64,000 nt of DNA from Selaginella moellendorffii (lineage: Eukaryota > Plantae > Lycopodiophyta). Of the stretch, positions 1 through 12,797 are shown in pieces; within the stretch, counting starts at the first letter, position 1, and each line of letters begins with the position of its first letter. The notes beneath the pieces were generated by a model, which saw nothing but the letters and a program-made list of their open reading frames with translations, was not told the origin of the DNA and did not search any database. The stretch spans positions 505,237 through 569,236 of the forward strand of contig NW_003314333.1 in NCBI RefSeq assembly GCF_000143415.4. The letters are read 5' to 3'. Position numbers and translations under genes: made by a program.

Positions 1-1759
1 TGACTACGATGATGATTATTTTCTTCCTCCAACAACAGCAACACCACCAACTTTGTGAGTACCTCACTACCACCACAAACCTGCATGATGAGCTGTTTAC
101 CATCCTTGAACCTGCACATCCCCAACTCCACACCAATAGTGGATAGGATGGTCTAATGCCCTTTGTGGGTCCTCATGACTTGAAATAGTTGTTATTATTA
201 TTATTCTCAGCCAACCTTGCTTGGTGGAGAAGCTGGTTTGTTGCTAGTTGGTGGTGGGTTTAGGTGTATAGTTATGATGCCATATATTATTATTAACATA
301 GTGGGATTATTGGATTATTTTTCAATTTAGATCATCAAATTAGGATTTTTGGGCTAATTGAATATATATAGTTTTGTATTCCATTCACTTGTGCAACTTT
401 AATTATCCCTGATGAGTGTTAAATTTTATGTTTTCTTAATTTAAATCTAACTTTTACATTGTCTAAATCTTTCTTGTTTTTATAGCTTTTCCATTTCTTT
501 TTTATTGCTTTTCTTTTTATTTATTTTTTTCATCTCATCTCCATGTTAGAGTATTATACTCCTCAACACCTTCCTCCTCCTCCTTTGACTCTAGAGTAAT
601 AATTGGTGTAGTTGCTTAATATTATTTAGTTGTAGGTAATAATCAAACTCAATTGATAGCAATGTAACACTTCTTGCTCTTGATGTGCATTTGACTGTGT
701 TTCTTCCATATGAATCTTAAGAATAATATGTATTATTGATTCAATTACTTTATAATAATTATCACCTCTCATTCTTGGGAAGATGCCCAATATCTAAATA
801 AGTTTCCCATATGTCTTCAAATGATAGTGTTGCAATTGTATAATGCTTGTCCCACTTATAATTGTATGTACTTCAACATTACTTATATAATCTTAAGTTA
901 ATATTGTTATTGTTTGTATTCAAGGATAAAGATGAGAAGCTATGATATTCACTACTAGGTGTGTAATGAAGTTGGATGACATTGTCAATATTTCCTAAAT
1001 TGGATGGAGCTGTTGGCTTCAATAATGTAATATTGATGCTGCTATGGTGAAATGTCTTGACATTATGATTTTTTAAGGAAATGAGGAGTTGCATAAATAG
1101 TGCATGAATAAGTCAATAAGCATTCCATTTTATTTTTAAGAGTATTATCAAGTGGTTCACTTGACACTAATTTATCCAATATTCACTTTCTTAAGCTTGT
1201 TTTTATAATAATAGGTAGCAAAACCATTTTTCAATCTTTATGGGAATGGCTACAAATATGGGTGATCTCAAAAATTGAATTTCAGTTGTGCTAAATTGTC
1301 AAGGCAACAGTGGCATAGGGATGAATCTAGAGATCTCATCTATCATAATGGTGACTTCAAGTATCAAAAGATATTTATCAACTAACCTTTATGAACACTG
1401 TTTCTTTATTGTATTGTTGATTCTCTTTATTCCTCCACCTAAACTAATTTAGTTTGCACTTACCAAATAAGCATAAAGACAGAATTTCTAAATGCTATTA
1501 GTTAAACATACTTGGTTCAGTTATAACATTTGGTAGTATTGATATGGAGCTTGGTATTACATAATAGCTTATTATGTATACCACTTTTGCTAATATACCT
1601 TATGTATTGATTCCATTTCAATCCCATGTATTTTATATGGTAAGTGTTTAGATGTATATTTATGAAATATAAAAAGTGTCTTAAACACCATAATGTTATT
1701 CCTATATCTTAATTTATGGTCTAATGCCATTCCATATTTACTAATTTTTCAAACTTATC

Positions 1760-1970
1760 CTAGAGATTTAACTCTTGGGAATGGGGTGAAAGCCCAAAGT
1801 ATGCTTTTATATAATTAAATTGTATTAAATATTGTTTGACACCATTTCGCATATAAGAGCTAAATATAGGGAGTTGATGCTCATAGGGGATTGTACTAAA
1901 CCCTTATTTTGTAGTACAATAGACTTGGAGTTTAACTCTCAATTCAGTTATGTTACATTTGGTATTAGAG
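1760..1970 (+). mobile_element. Degenerate LTR remnant with tRNA-iMet-type PBS
   Basis: GGGTGAAAGCCCAAAG (1784-1799) is shared with other LTRs in this window; an LTR-like end ...TTACA (1957) is followed by TTTGGTATTAGAG (PBS consensus TGGTATCAGAG). Left boundary approximate. Confidence 0.55.
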
Positions 1971-2554
1971 AATTGTTTTAGTTTCTATGTAGCTTAAGAT
2001 ATTGAGATTAAGAGTTCATAAAAGGAAGTTTCTAAATTAAAGAAAGAGAACAATAAAAGGAAGAAATATATTAATAGTTTGTTAAATGCTTTTGTACAAT
2101 TAAAAGAGATCTTGATTATAATTTATATTCCCAAGATTAGGGGTGGGGCCTTGTATTGACAGGCACCTCTCCCAAATCTTAATAAACCCTTTGAAGTGCG
2201 TTGGGATGTCTTTAGCTATTTATAGGTGCTGTATTGTAACAAGATTGTGACAATGCAATTAATATTATTCTAAGGTGATGCAGTTGTCTTGTTATATTTT
2301 ACTCCAAAAAATTGGATGAAACATAACAAAGATAGTTTACACATAATATTTGTTATAATGTCAATATTAAAACATTAATAGCCTCATTGGCTATTTGTGG
2401 AAAGTGTTTAAATCTATTATATCTATAAAATTTAAAAATTATCAACACAATGGTATTGCCAAACTTATAATTTAACACCATTCCATATTAAGTAAATTAT
2501 TGTAAAGATTAGAGGGGGGATGTATAATAGAGGTACAGGATAAGTTGGGTATGG

Positions 2555-3310
2555 AGAGAGAGTGGTGGCAGACAAAAGTGTGCAAAGGCCATCAGTTTTT
2601 GCAAGCACAAAAGACAGCCATTGCTCTTCCAGGCAGCTGGGAAAAATTAAAAACTCCTGGGTTTTACACACCAGTCCACCCAAAGCCTTAACGAGCTAAG
2701 CTTTTCGTTACTCCACTAGAAAAGTCCGACATTGTCAATCAATCCAATAAGTTCTGTTGACTTTTATTGACCACCATAGACTGTCTCGTCAACTCTAATC
2801 TCGAACCACCCTAGACACACGGCCAGCCCAATCGATGGTGTCATGGGCGGATGGCTCCGTTTGAGTGGACCAACCCCTGGCCCCCAATACCCGACACTCG
2901 TCCAGGTTTGGAGATGCTTGGCGCTTCTTGCCATTGCGCTTTCAGGCGAGTGCGGAAAAGTTTAATGTTCGGGGGGCACTGCGCCACGAATTTCCTCACC
3001 TTGTTCTGTACTGCTGGAGTCGGCATTCTCGCAAGAAGCCATGGAATCTCACACTATTCGAAAGCAGATTTTGAGTCTGTTGGTTTTTTTTTTCAAATGG
3101 AAATCAAATTTGCTTGTAAAAAAGTGTGGAACAATACAAAATAATGTTTCGCGCGTTTTGACACACACACACTCTCTCTCTCACACACAAGGGAACTAGC
3201 TACACACACGCAAGTATATCCCAGAGAGAAGCGTGCCACAATGCTTTGTGAGCCCATCGAGCCCAAATTCCATGTCAACCAATCGAGCTTCCATAAGATC
3301 ATTCCAAGCG
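2555..3310. pseudogene. Scrambled duplicate of neighbouring gene fragments (WD40 promoter and exons 1-2; BCH exon)
   Basis: 2555-2790 is an inverted copy of about 5390-5770; 2815-2920 is a direct copy of 5183-5310; 2925-3060 is an inverted copy of 5000-5165; 3215-3308 is a direct copy of the BCH segment 7019-7117. Confidence 0.75.
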
Positions 3311-3476
3311 AAGCTGGTGAAGAACGATCGATCGGTCTGACTGCACTAGCTGCGCATCACCTCATCCACGAAGAACCCTCTGGGAACCCATTACAATCGC
3401 ATATTGAGGATCTCTAATATTCTCGCAGGACTTTGAGCGTTGGATTCTTTATAAACCAGAGCATCGAGATAATAAA

Positions 3477-5354
3477 CTAAAGATTGGAAGGCTTGAAAAC
3501 GTTGAAATCGCTGAAGGATGTCGAGACAATCGTTCCTAGGAGCTGGGGATGCCAGTGAAGTTCCTTCAAGTCCCTTTGGCCCTGGCACAGGAAAGAGATT
3601 CACTTCAGCTACATCAGAATAAAAAACACTACCTGGTGAACGAACAACAAGCTTTCTGGCAAGCCTTTCGGAGCAGCCACTGATTGCTTCACTTGTGCTT
3701 CTTCTTCTGGATCGGCTTCCACAGAAAAATCCCACACACTGCTCATAACAAGGATAGAATATGAGCTAAACTGAAAAAAAGAGAGACGCGGCGACATACC
3801 TTAACTGGTTGTCAGCCGAGGTTGCCGCCAGCATTGAACTGTCATGAGGAGACCATTCGATGGAAGTTATTGGGGCGGAATGGTAGTTTGTCATCGATAT
3901 GGGACCGTCCTACAAAAACTTAGATATCAGGAATACTATTGAAGCACAGAAGCATACCTTCAAATGCTTCAAATTCCATAAGTAGATGATACCGTCGTCA
4001 CCGCCAGAGGCAAGCACCGAATCTGATCTGCCAAGACAAGGAAATGTTGGAACAGTTGTGACTTATTAGGAAGTACAAACCTCCAAGATATCACGTTAAC
4101 GTCCGCGTCGTGGATCTTCCACATCGCTGTGCAAGTACAAGTTGGCACATCCCACAGCCTGAGTGTTCCATCAGAAGAGCAAGATGCAAGCCGAAAGGGA
4201 TCCAACGTCGGACACCACTGATAGACAGACATAAACATTTAGACACGAAATGAAGGTGAAAGCTTGCCTGCAAATCTTCGACGCTGGACGAATGTCCAAC
4301 AAGAGTTCGACCTCCAACGATCCATTCGCGTCGATTTGGTTGCCAGACATGGATCACTCCGTTGTTATCGCCTGGAGACAAACAAGAACGCTTTTTGAGC
4401 AAGACATGAAATCTCTCTCTCGAGTTCATGTAATCAATCAGACCAGATGCAAGCCATCCTTGGTGCGCTAGACTCCAGTCGAGAGCAAATCCTTCCACCT
4501 CGTGACCAGAAAAGACTTGGAGGGGTGCCTGGTGTGTAACGCGAGAAGAGCTTCCGGCGTTGACGGAAGAGAGTTCTTGCAAGAGGCTTTTGACGTCCCA
4601 AATCTGGACCAGCTACCTGAGAGCACCGTAAAACCATGGCAGACTTGACTTTCAGACCTGGACGACGCCGGTCTCCGACCATGTTGCGATGATGTTTGGT
4701 TCTTGTGGCATGGCACGAATACGATTGATGCATCCATGGTGAGCTATCATCCGGACCTGGTCGATCGAGAAAACAAACGTCTTAGAAAAAAGATGTAGCT
4801 TAAGTGCTGCCAACCTCAAGCTTGGGAGTTTTGTCTCGCATTTCTTCGTCGTCACTCTCGTCGCTGCTGCTGCTGCTAGAGTCGCCATCGTCACTAGCAG
4901 CCAACTCCACGCCTCTTTTCTTCCCGCTGATGTTGGTCAGCTTAGCAACGATGAGCCGATTATCTGCAGGATTTGCAGCCTAGAAACCGCGAGGAAAAGT
5001 GTTTAAACGTTTGAGATTCCAAGGCTTGTTGAGAATGGAGACTCACCTGCGTTCCAGCAGTACAGAACAAGGTGAGAGGAAACTCGTGTCGCAGCGCCCC
5101 CAGTTCGTCTCGCAGAATATCAAAGCTTTCCACACTCGATCAGACGGGAACTTGAAAGACAATGCCCCCTACACTTACCTCAGACACGGCCAGCCCAATC
5201 GGAACGCATGGATGGTGTCATAGGCGGATGGCTCGTACTGGAGTTCCTCGCCTTCGTCGAGTGGATCAACCCCCGGCCGCCATACCCGACGCTCGTCCAG
5301 CTCTGGATGGCGCTGCTGGCAGCTCGCTTTTTTCTTCCTCCCTGGCCGCGCCAT
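3477..5354 (-). CDS. GRWD1: Glutamate-rich WD40 repeat protein (GRWD1/RRB1 family), multi-exon
   Basis: Spliced translation MARPGRKKK..VWRPGVDPLDEGEELQYEPSAYDTIHAFRLGWPCLSFD..EFPLTLFCTAGTQ, an acidic tract, WD repeats (GHEVEGFALDWS, GHSSSVEDLQ, HDADVNVISW) and C-terminal LLFVHQGQRDLKELHWHPQ; TAG at 3477-3479. Confidence 0.9.
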
Positions 5355-5355
5355 T

Positions 5356-5520
5356 GGGGTTAGGGTTTAAGATATTCGTTTGAAATTGAGTTGCTAGTCA
5401 ATGGTAGTCAACAATATTTGACTTTTGACATGATTGACTTTATTTGACTTTTCTGAGCTGATGTTAGAACAATATTTGACGTCTGACATGATTGACATTA
5501 TTTGACTATCATTGACCTTT
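5356..5520 (-). promoter_or_regulatory. Telo-box and duplicated TTGAC(T/C) W-box-like cluster upstream of the WD40 gene
   Basis: AAACCCTAA on the minus strand just upstream of the ATG; a ~58-bp tandem duplication (AACAATATTTGAC...ATTTGACT) yields many TTGAC cores at 5410-5520. Confidence 0.5.
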
Positions 5521-6361
5521 TTGAGCACTACTCCTTCTACACGACCAGCCCAAACAAGCAATGCTCTCGCCGTGATCTCCCAATTTGCGTAAACCCTTTG
5601 CTACTGTAGATGCTCGTCGTGACTGACAAAGAGCTCGACGGCTTTTGTGAACGCTTTGGGTGGACTGGCGGTTGATCTTTCCTCCCAGCTGCCTGGAAGA
5701 GCAATGGCCCCGTGTTGGAACCAGTTGCTTCTGCGCACGTTTGTCCGCCGCCACTCTCTTCTGGTGGTCTGCGTGGAAAGCTACACTGGGCCACATTCCT
5801 CAAGGTTCTTTTGGCTTTCCAAAAGATCTCGAGTCGCTAAAGAAGTGAATGAATCGAAGTGAAGTGAATGACATGCTAATACATAAAACATCATCAACCA
5901 AGACACTCAACCTGCTCAGGTGAAGACACTCCTACACAAATTACAGGTGTGGGCCTTCATGACCTTTATAAATAACCTGTAATGTAATGTTCTCGTGTTC
6001 TTCGAGTTCACGACTTTGCTCATGGCTTGATGGTGAAATACTGTCCTCTTGTTTGCTTGCGAGGCTTCTAGAGCTCCAAATTTCTTGTATAATAGGATAC
6101 AAACCACGTATACGTGGTCCACTTTGGAGAGATTCTAGATCTGTGGCCTATCGTTCAGATTCTCTCTACTGGGCGCTAGAACATACTCGCAAGTGTCAGA
6201 CGGACAAAACTGATAACATTCCACTTTTAGTGCCAAAAAAAAAAAATCTCTGCTTTGCAGCAAAAGCGGCAGCAGCTGACGATTGGGTTACGAGATCTCT
6301 CCCCAGTAGGCCCAAAACCAAGAAATAAAAAAGAAGAAAAATAACGGTGCTGCGGAGAGCT

Positions 6362-7665
6362 CTACGTCTGTGCTTTCTTGTGTATATTCATCACTCTCTC
6401 CAGTTCTTCCGAGCCTCCCACTTCTTCGAGCTCCTGCAAATCAGGAACCAAATTAATCATACAACCGTTCTTTTTCTCTTTTCGTTGCATACCTTTGGGC
6501 CCAAGAAAAGCCCGTATGGAACACCTTGAAACAAATCGGCGTGATGGAGCTACAAGAAGAAAGTCTCGAGTCGATCAGTCAGAAGAAAGAAAGAAAAACT
6601 GAGTTTTTACTTTGTGTGCTGCTGCTACTTTCTGGAAGTAAGGAACGTTTGCGATGGGTCCAACCGGGAATCGACGATGAACCAAGCCGTCATGCACGAA
6701 CATATAAGCCATTCCAAACACTGTGATCCCCAAGCCCTGCGCAAAGATTCATCCATTCATCGCTCAAGATCGATCGGAGTAAACGAGATGAGAGGGGCAA
6801 CTCACCGCTCCAAAGCACAAGCCCGGGAAGAGACCTTTGTTGAAGAAACCATACGCCAGGAGCGCGATCGCTGGCACCGCATTCACGATGGCGAAAACGT
6901 CGTTGAGCTCGAATGGACCTTCGCGCGGCCGATGGTGTGACTGGATAGGAGCACGAATTTTCAAAGCTTAGAGAGAACTTGGAAGAAACTTGCAAAGGTT
7001 CCAGATCTTTACCTCGTGCATATCCCAGAGAGAAGCGTGCCACAATGCTTTGTGAGCCCATCGAGCCCAGAACTCCATGCCAACCTGACCAATCGAGCTT
7101 CCATAAGATCATCCAAGACGAGAGAGAAAGAAGAAGAAGAAGAGGAACTCACCGCTGCTCCAAACGCCAAGGAGAAAGTTCCAAACATCTCTAGCACTGG
7201 CACCTCGCCACTTCCCTGCAAAATGCCACCTCGAGGCATCAGACCGAGCAAGAGGAGAGACAAAGTTCGCGAGCTTCACACCTGCATTTGCCACACGAAT
7301 CTATAGTACACTGACGCAGCTGCCAGCGTCGTGATTCCCACCGTGGAGGCCACCGCCGCAAACAAGTAGGTACTCCTCTCCGCCTTGATCCTAGAGCTGG
7401 AAGAACTAGCCACTCCTCTCAAAGAACTCCTCGGCTCCTTCACAATCTCCGACTTGGGCAGCGCCAATTGCTCGCCGGCATTGCCGCCCTGCTCGCGCCC
7501 CGCGGCAGCGAGCACGAATCTGCGAGCCCTGGCAGCGCGACTGGAGCTGGCGCCACAATTGGACGAAGACATCATCACCGAGTGTAGCGATGGTAGCAGC
7601 GATCGCTCTAGGCCGCCCAGGATCCGGAGCTTGTAGGGGACCGTGAGCATCGAATACGCGCCCAT
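6362..7665 (-). CDS. BCH: Beta-carotene 3-hydroxylase (non-heme di-iron), 7 exons
   Basis: Transit-peptide-like N-terminus; VGMEFWARWAHKALWHASLW, HESHHRPREGPFELNDVFA, YMFVHDGLVHRRFPVGP and LHH..GVPYGLFLGPKE motifs. Confidence 0.95.
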
Positions 7666-8189
7666 GGAGAAGCTTGCCTCCAGCGCCCACTGGAGTGCCT
7701 CATTTCAAGCCTCACATGGCACCACATGTGGAGAGATAATGGCATATTCGCAGGGATCTCTCGGTGGGAATATCCCTCCGCATCGTGGCCGTTAAACGCT
7801 GTTTTGGGCTAAGTGTTTTGCCGCAGTGGACCAATGGTGCGCCGCCCGAGTGAAGCAAGCCTGCGTGTCCATGACACTCTTTCTTTTATAATTTCCACGG
7901 GGAGAAAGCTAAAGTCTCCTGGCATTAACGACTTTGCAAAGACGACGCTCAATCAAACAAACAAACCACGATGATCGTGATCTTATCTTTCCTTGTCTGG
8001 AATATCTCTTGCGCTTTTTCTAAACTTGTTGACAATCCGGTCTAAAAGTGAGCTTCCACTCCACATCGATCGGCCAAAGAAAGAGCGCCAAAGAGCGCCA
8101 CCACCACTTCGCGGCAGCTTTCTCGATTCTCTTGCTTGACACGCCACTAGATCTCACAGGACCGACACGCAGCCGGGGAATCGTGTCGC

Positions 8190-10377
8190 TTAAGTTGCAA
8201 GCACGCTCACGAATGGTGCGTTGAGGTGGAACACGTAACTTCCTGCCACAGTTCCGCGAATAAACTCGTTAGAAGTGATCGAGGATCGTCACTGTGACTT
8301 ACCGAGCGTGGGCATCAGCGCGAAGAGCAGCAGTATGCCGACCAACTTGAGAAGGAATCCCGTGAGAACCATGTCCGGCATTCGTACGTGCCCGGTCGAG
8401 AACGCCACGGCCATCGGCGGCGTGGAGACTGGCAGCATGAACGCAAAGGATGCGGCGATGGTGCCCGTGATCATGAGCAGCAGCGGGTGGATGTTGTTGG
8501 AGGTGGCGGCGTTGGCGAGCAGCGGGAGGAAGATGGTGGCGGTGGCGTTGTTGGACGTAAACTCGGTGGTGGCGCTCACGAACACCGCCACCACTGGAGC
8601 GAGTAGCAAGTACGGAGCGTCGTCTAGGAAGTTCAAGTGTTGTGTCACCCACGCGGACAGTCCGCTCGCTTTGAATCCAGCAGCCAGTGCAAATCCTGGT
8701 GGAAAGTTTGTGGTTTTCTCGATCCATTCAAGAACAAGAGAGTACCTCCACCGAAGAGAAGAACGATGTCCCATGGAAGCTTTTTACAGTGAGACCAATC
8801 GAGCAGCCTCTCTCCAGGCACTAGCCTGTTTGGAATGACAAAGAGGAACACTGCCATCACCACCTGGAAGAAAACGATTGAGAGAAAAGCTATGGCATGT
8901 TTGCCACTGGAGAGAAAGATTCTTCCATTTGGAGCCACTTACACTGACAGTCCCATCGTCCACATAGCCATGGAAGAATCGCCCCCAGCCAAAGGATGTT
9001 CCCAGGGATCGTGTCAACCATAGCACAGCGAGCACCTAGAAAGAAAAAAAAAATAAAAGAATCAAATCGCTTGGAGCAATCCAAAGCTCGAGGATGTTTC
9101 TTTTGGTTTCTTTTAAACTTACAACGAAGAGAGTAAGCACAGTGGTCTCCGCGAAGCTGATTGATCCTGGAGTAAGAACAAATCGATTAGAAAATCCATT
9201 TTTTCTGGATAGAACAGTGAGAAAAAATCGTACCGAGAGACTTGAGCTCCTCCTCGATGCTGGAGCGATTGAGCCTGGAAGAGATGGTGGGAGTGGCCGA
9301 GCGAGGGCAGTAGCAAACGCACAGCATGATCCAGCAGAACAAAACCATGGCCACGCCCAGCGGGAACGCGAACATGAACCACTGGAGGTAGCTCACAGCG
9401 GCAGCGCTGGGGAAGCAGCTGTTCCAGATCCCCAAGAACACCAGATTCGTGCCCGTGCCCGTGAGCGTCGTCAATCCGCCAATGCTCACCGAGAATCCAA
9501 TCCCCAGCACGATCGCCCGCGCGTACTGCCGCGCGTGGAATGCCACCGCGCCATTGGTACCGCTCCCCTGTTCTAGGGTTCTTCCATCTAGGGTTGTGAG
9601 CGCCTTGGAGGAGATGCGTCGCAGGAGCTCGCGGATCTCCTGCCGGCTCTCCGGATCGTCGCCAGCAGATGCCACCGCCTGCGCCGCCTGTGGATCCACA
9701 TCCACGACATGGATGGATTCGAGCGAGGGAGTGTCCGGCTCGAGCAAGCGCTTGATCACTCCCGCGGACATGGGCACCATCATGATCGCGGTGGCGCTGT
9801 TGGAGATCCACATACTGATGAATGCCGGGCCGACGCAGAATCCCAGCAGCAGCATTCGCGGCGCCATGGATCGCCCGCCAAAGAGGAGGAGCGTCTTGAG
9901 CGCCAAGCGCTTGTGCGCCTGGTAGCGCTCCACGCCCAGCGCCAGGATGAAGGAGCCGATGAAGAGCGTGATGGTGTCGTTCATGTAGGCTCGCGCGATC
10001 TCGTCGGCCTGGATGATCTGGAAGAGCGGCAGGAGGACCAGCGGGAGCATGGACGTGATCCCGACTGGAATCGCCTCGGTGATCCACCAGATGCACACCC
10101 ACGCCAGGATCGCCAGCATGGGCGCGATCTTGCTCTCCCCGGCGCTGACATTGGATGATTCTTCGTGGGCGCCATCGATCCGCACGAATGCCAGGATGAG
10201 CAGCGCGCACAGAGGCCCCAGCGCGATCGCGATGTCCTTTCTGTGCCCGTGGAGAAAGCCCACGATTGATCTTCTCGTCTTGCTCTTCCCAGGATCGAGA
10301 TCATCGTCCAGCTCTCGCCGTGGAGGATCATGGATGAGGAGCGCCACTGTAGCAGCAGTACCGTCTAGATTCGCCAT
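8190..10377 (-). CDS. TDT: Tonoplast dicarboxylate transporter (SLC13/DASS family), multi-exon
   Basis: WWITEAIP, ISMWISNSATAIMM, IGGLTTLTGTGTNL, TEFTSNNAT and FAFMLPVSTPP motifs. Start MANLDG (10377) and last exon GSYVFHLNAPFVSVLAT* are inferred. Confidence 0.9.
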
Positions 10378-10594
10378 GCGCGGCTGGGGAGAGCTTGTCC
10401 TCCAATATGAGGCAGTGGTGGAATCGCGGTTATCGGCCAAAAGATCGAGAGATTGGACACGCAAGCTCCAAGCGTCTTGAATGACCCCATGGACGTGGAG
10501 CTCCAATCGCGACATATCTCCAGCTCCACGGCATGGCCCCAGTTCTTCGTCCCCTGCGCTTGCGATTGCGATTGCTCATCCACCCATCCCGCCC

Positions 10595-12742
10595 ATGGAC
10601 ACGGTACGCGAGTGCGTACGGCACATCGAAGCTTGCCAAACGCTGGCGCAAGCCAAGGCTGTGCATGGACGAATTCGCGAGAAGAAGCTGGACATCAATG
10701 GCTATGTGGCCAACCATCTGGTCCAGATGTACGGCAGGATTGGGCGCGTGGAGGAGGCCAGGGGTGTGTTTGATGCCATTTACCCCAAGGGGGCATATTC
10801 CTGGAACTTGATGCTCGTGGCATATGCCCAGAACGGGCATCTGGAGGATGCCAAGGGGTTGTTTAGTGTTATGCCTGATCCGGATCTTCTGTCTTGGAAT
10901 GTTATTCTCAATGCGTACTCGAGACGAGGGAGAGTCAAGCATTGCCAAGGTGTGTTCGACGCCATGCCGAGGAAGGATTTGGTTTCCTGGAACACTTTGC
11001 TTACTGCATATGCCCAGAATGGGCACCTTTCAGAAGCGAAAGCCGTGTATGCGAGGATGCCGGAGATGGGTCTCATGTCGTGCAACATTATGCTTGCGGC
11101 ACATACGCAGAGCAAGTCTTTGGACGAGGCGAAAGATCTTTTCAACCAGATGCCGGAGAAGAATCTCGTAACGTTGAACTCGATGCTAACTGCATATGCC
11201 CAAAATGGGTATCTTGATGAAGCGAGGCAAGTGTTCCTTGACATGCCCAGCCGCGATCTCGTGTCCTGGAATGCCATGCTCGCTGCATTTGCCGCAAACG
11301 ATAAGCTCGAAGAAGCTAAACGATGTTACGACGCAATGCCAGAGCGGAATCTCATATCCGCAAACACAATACTGATTGCGAACTCCAAACAGGGCATTGT
11401 CGAAGACGCGCAAGAGGTCTTTGACACGATGCCCGCCAAGGATCTTGCTTCGTGGACTGCACTGCTGTGCGTGTTTGCTCACGGAGAGTTTTTCGATGAA
11501 GCGAGGAGTGTGTTCGATCGAATGCCCGAGAGGGACTTGGTGGCATGGACAGTGATGCTCGAGGCGTATGCCCGGAGCGGGCATATCCACGACGCTATCA
11601 CCGCGTTCGAGCGCTTGCCGGAGCTCGATCTCGTGTCCCTCACAACAATGCTGGACGCGTACGGCCAGAGTGGAAACGTGGTGGATGCCGTGCGCCTCTT
11701 TCGTACGTCGCCGTACCAAGATCTCGTCTCGTGGAACGCATTGCTATCAGCCTACGTAAGGAACGGGCATCTCAAAGAATCTAGAGAGCTCTTTGAAAGG
11801 ATGCCTTTGAGAAACTTGGTGTCCTGGAACGCCTTGTTAGTGGTTTTTGCCGAGACGGGGCATTTTGAAGATGCTAGGAGAGTGTTTGAGGAGATGCCGG
11901 ACAAGGACGTGGTATCTTGGAATGCCATGCTCTCTGCGTATTCTCAAGGTGGCTCCTTCGATCGGGCGAAAGCCACCTTTGAGTTGATGCCGAAGAGAGA
12001 CCAGATCTCGTGGAATGCCATGCTTTCGATATATGCCCAAAACGGGTACCTCGAAGAGGCCGCGAGCATCTTCACTGGGATGCCCGAGTGGAACTCGGTG
12101 TCGTGGAACGCACTGCTTGCCGCTTATGCTCAAAATGGGCATCTAAAACAGGCAAAGTTCTTGTTCTACGAGATGCCCGTCCAGAACCAAGTCTCATGGA
12201 ACGCAATGCTCTCCGCGTACTCCCGAAACGGGCACATCAGCGACGCAAAGCGCCTGTTCGATGCTACTCCGGAGCTCAACCTCATCTCCTACAACGCAGT
12301 ACTCACCATGTACGCTCACACCGTAGAGCCTGGAATCGCTCTGGAGCTGTTTGGGGCGATGATCCTCGATGGCATCAAACCCGACGAGGTCTCCTTCACC
12401 GCCGTCCTCTTGGGCTGCAACCACGCTGGAGTTTTCAAGTCGGGTTGGTCATACTTTTGCTCTCTGGTGGCCGACTACGGCCTGAGGCCAGCAAAACAGC
12501 ATTTTGGATGCATGATCGATCTGCTGGGCCGCTCCGGTCGCGTGCACGATGCCGAAGATCTCCTCGCAAACATGCCATTCATCCCGGATGTTATCGAGTG
12601 GAGAAGCCTGCTCAGAGGCATGAAAAGCCATAGCGGTCGAGCTAGAGCAGCGGCGGACTCCGTTTTGGCGCTCAAGCCGCAAACTTCCGGATCTTTCGTT
12701 TTGATGGCCAATGTGTATGAAAGCAATGCGATGGCTCCATGA
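10595..12742 (+). CDS. PLS-class PPR protein with E-type C-terminus
   Basis: Intronless ORF (10481..12742; start probably MDTVREC at 10595); repeats of xxSWNAMLxAYAQNGH and HFGCMIDLLGRSG followed by an E-like domain; no DYW domain. Confidence 0.92.
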   Translation: MDTVRECVRHIEACQTLAQAKAVHGRIREKKLDINGYVANHLVQMYGRIGRVEEARGVFDAIYPKGAYSWNLMLVAYAQNGHLEDAKGLFSVMPDPDLLSWNVILNAYSRRGRVKHCQGVFDAMPRKDLVSWNTLLTAYAQNGHLSEAKAVYARMPEMGLMSCNIMLAAHTQSKSLDEAKDLFNQMPEKNLVTLNSMLTAYAQNGYLDEARQVFLDMPSRDLVSWNAMLAAFAANDKLEEAKRCYDAMPERNLISANTILIANSKQGIVEDAQEVFDTMPAKDLASWTALLCVFAHGEFFDEARSVFDRMPERDLVAWTVMLEAYARSGHIHDAITAFERLPELDLVSLTTMLDAYGQSGNVVDAVRLFRTSPYQDLVSWNALLSAYVRNGHLKESRELFERMPLRNLVSWNALLVVFAETGHFEDARRVFEEMPDKDVVSWNAMLSAYSQGGSFDRAKATFELMPKRDQISWNAMLSIYAQNGYLEEAASIFTGMPEWNSVSWNALLAAYAQNGHLKQAKFLFYEMPVQNQVSWNAMLSAYSRNGHISDAKRLFDATPELNLISYNAVLTMYAHTVEPGIALELFGAMILDGIKPDEVSFTAVLLGCNHAGVFKSGWSYFCSLVADYGLRPAKQHFGCMIDLLGRSGRVHDAEDLLANMPFIPDVIEWRSLLRGMKSHSGRARAAADSVLALKPQTSGSFVLMANVYESNAMAP

Positions 12743-12797
12743 TGTGTATATATATAGACGAGCTTGAATTGGTTGCCTAGGCCAAAAAGCTGCGAGC

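Noticed and set aside
600-1100. Possible PIF1/Helitron helicase remnant on the minus strand
   Set aside because: Only a vague resemblance (TAP..NID, VGQALYN); no intact motif in AT-rich decayed sequence.
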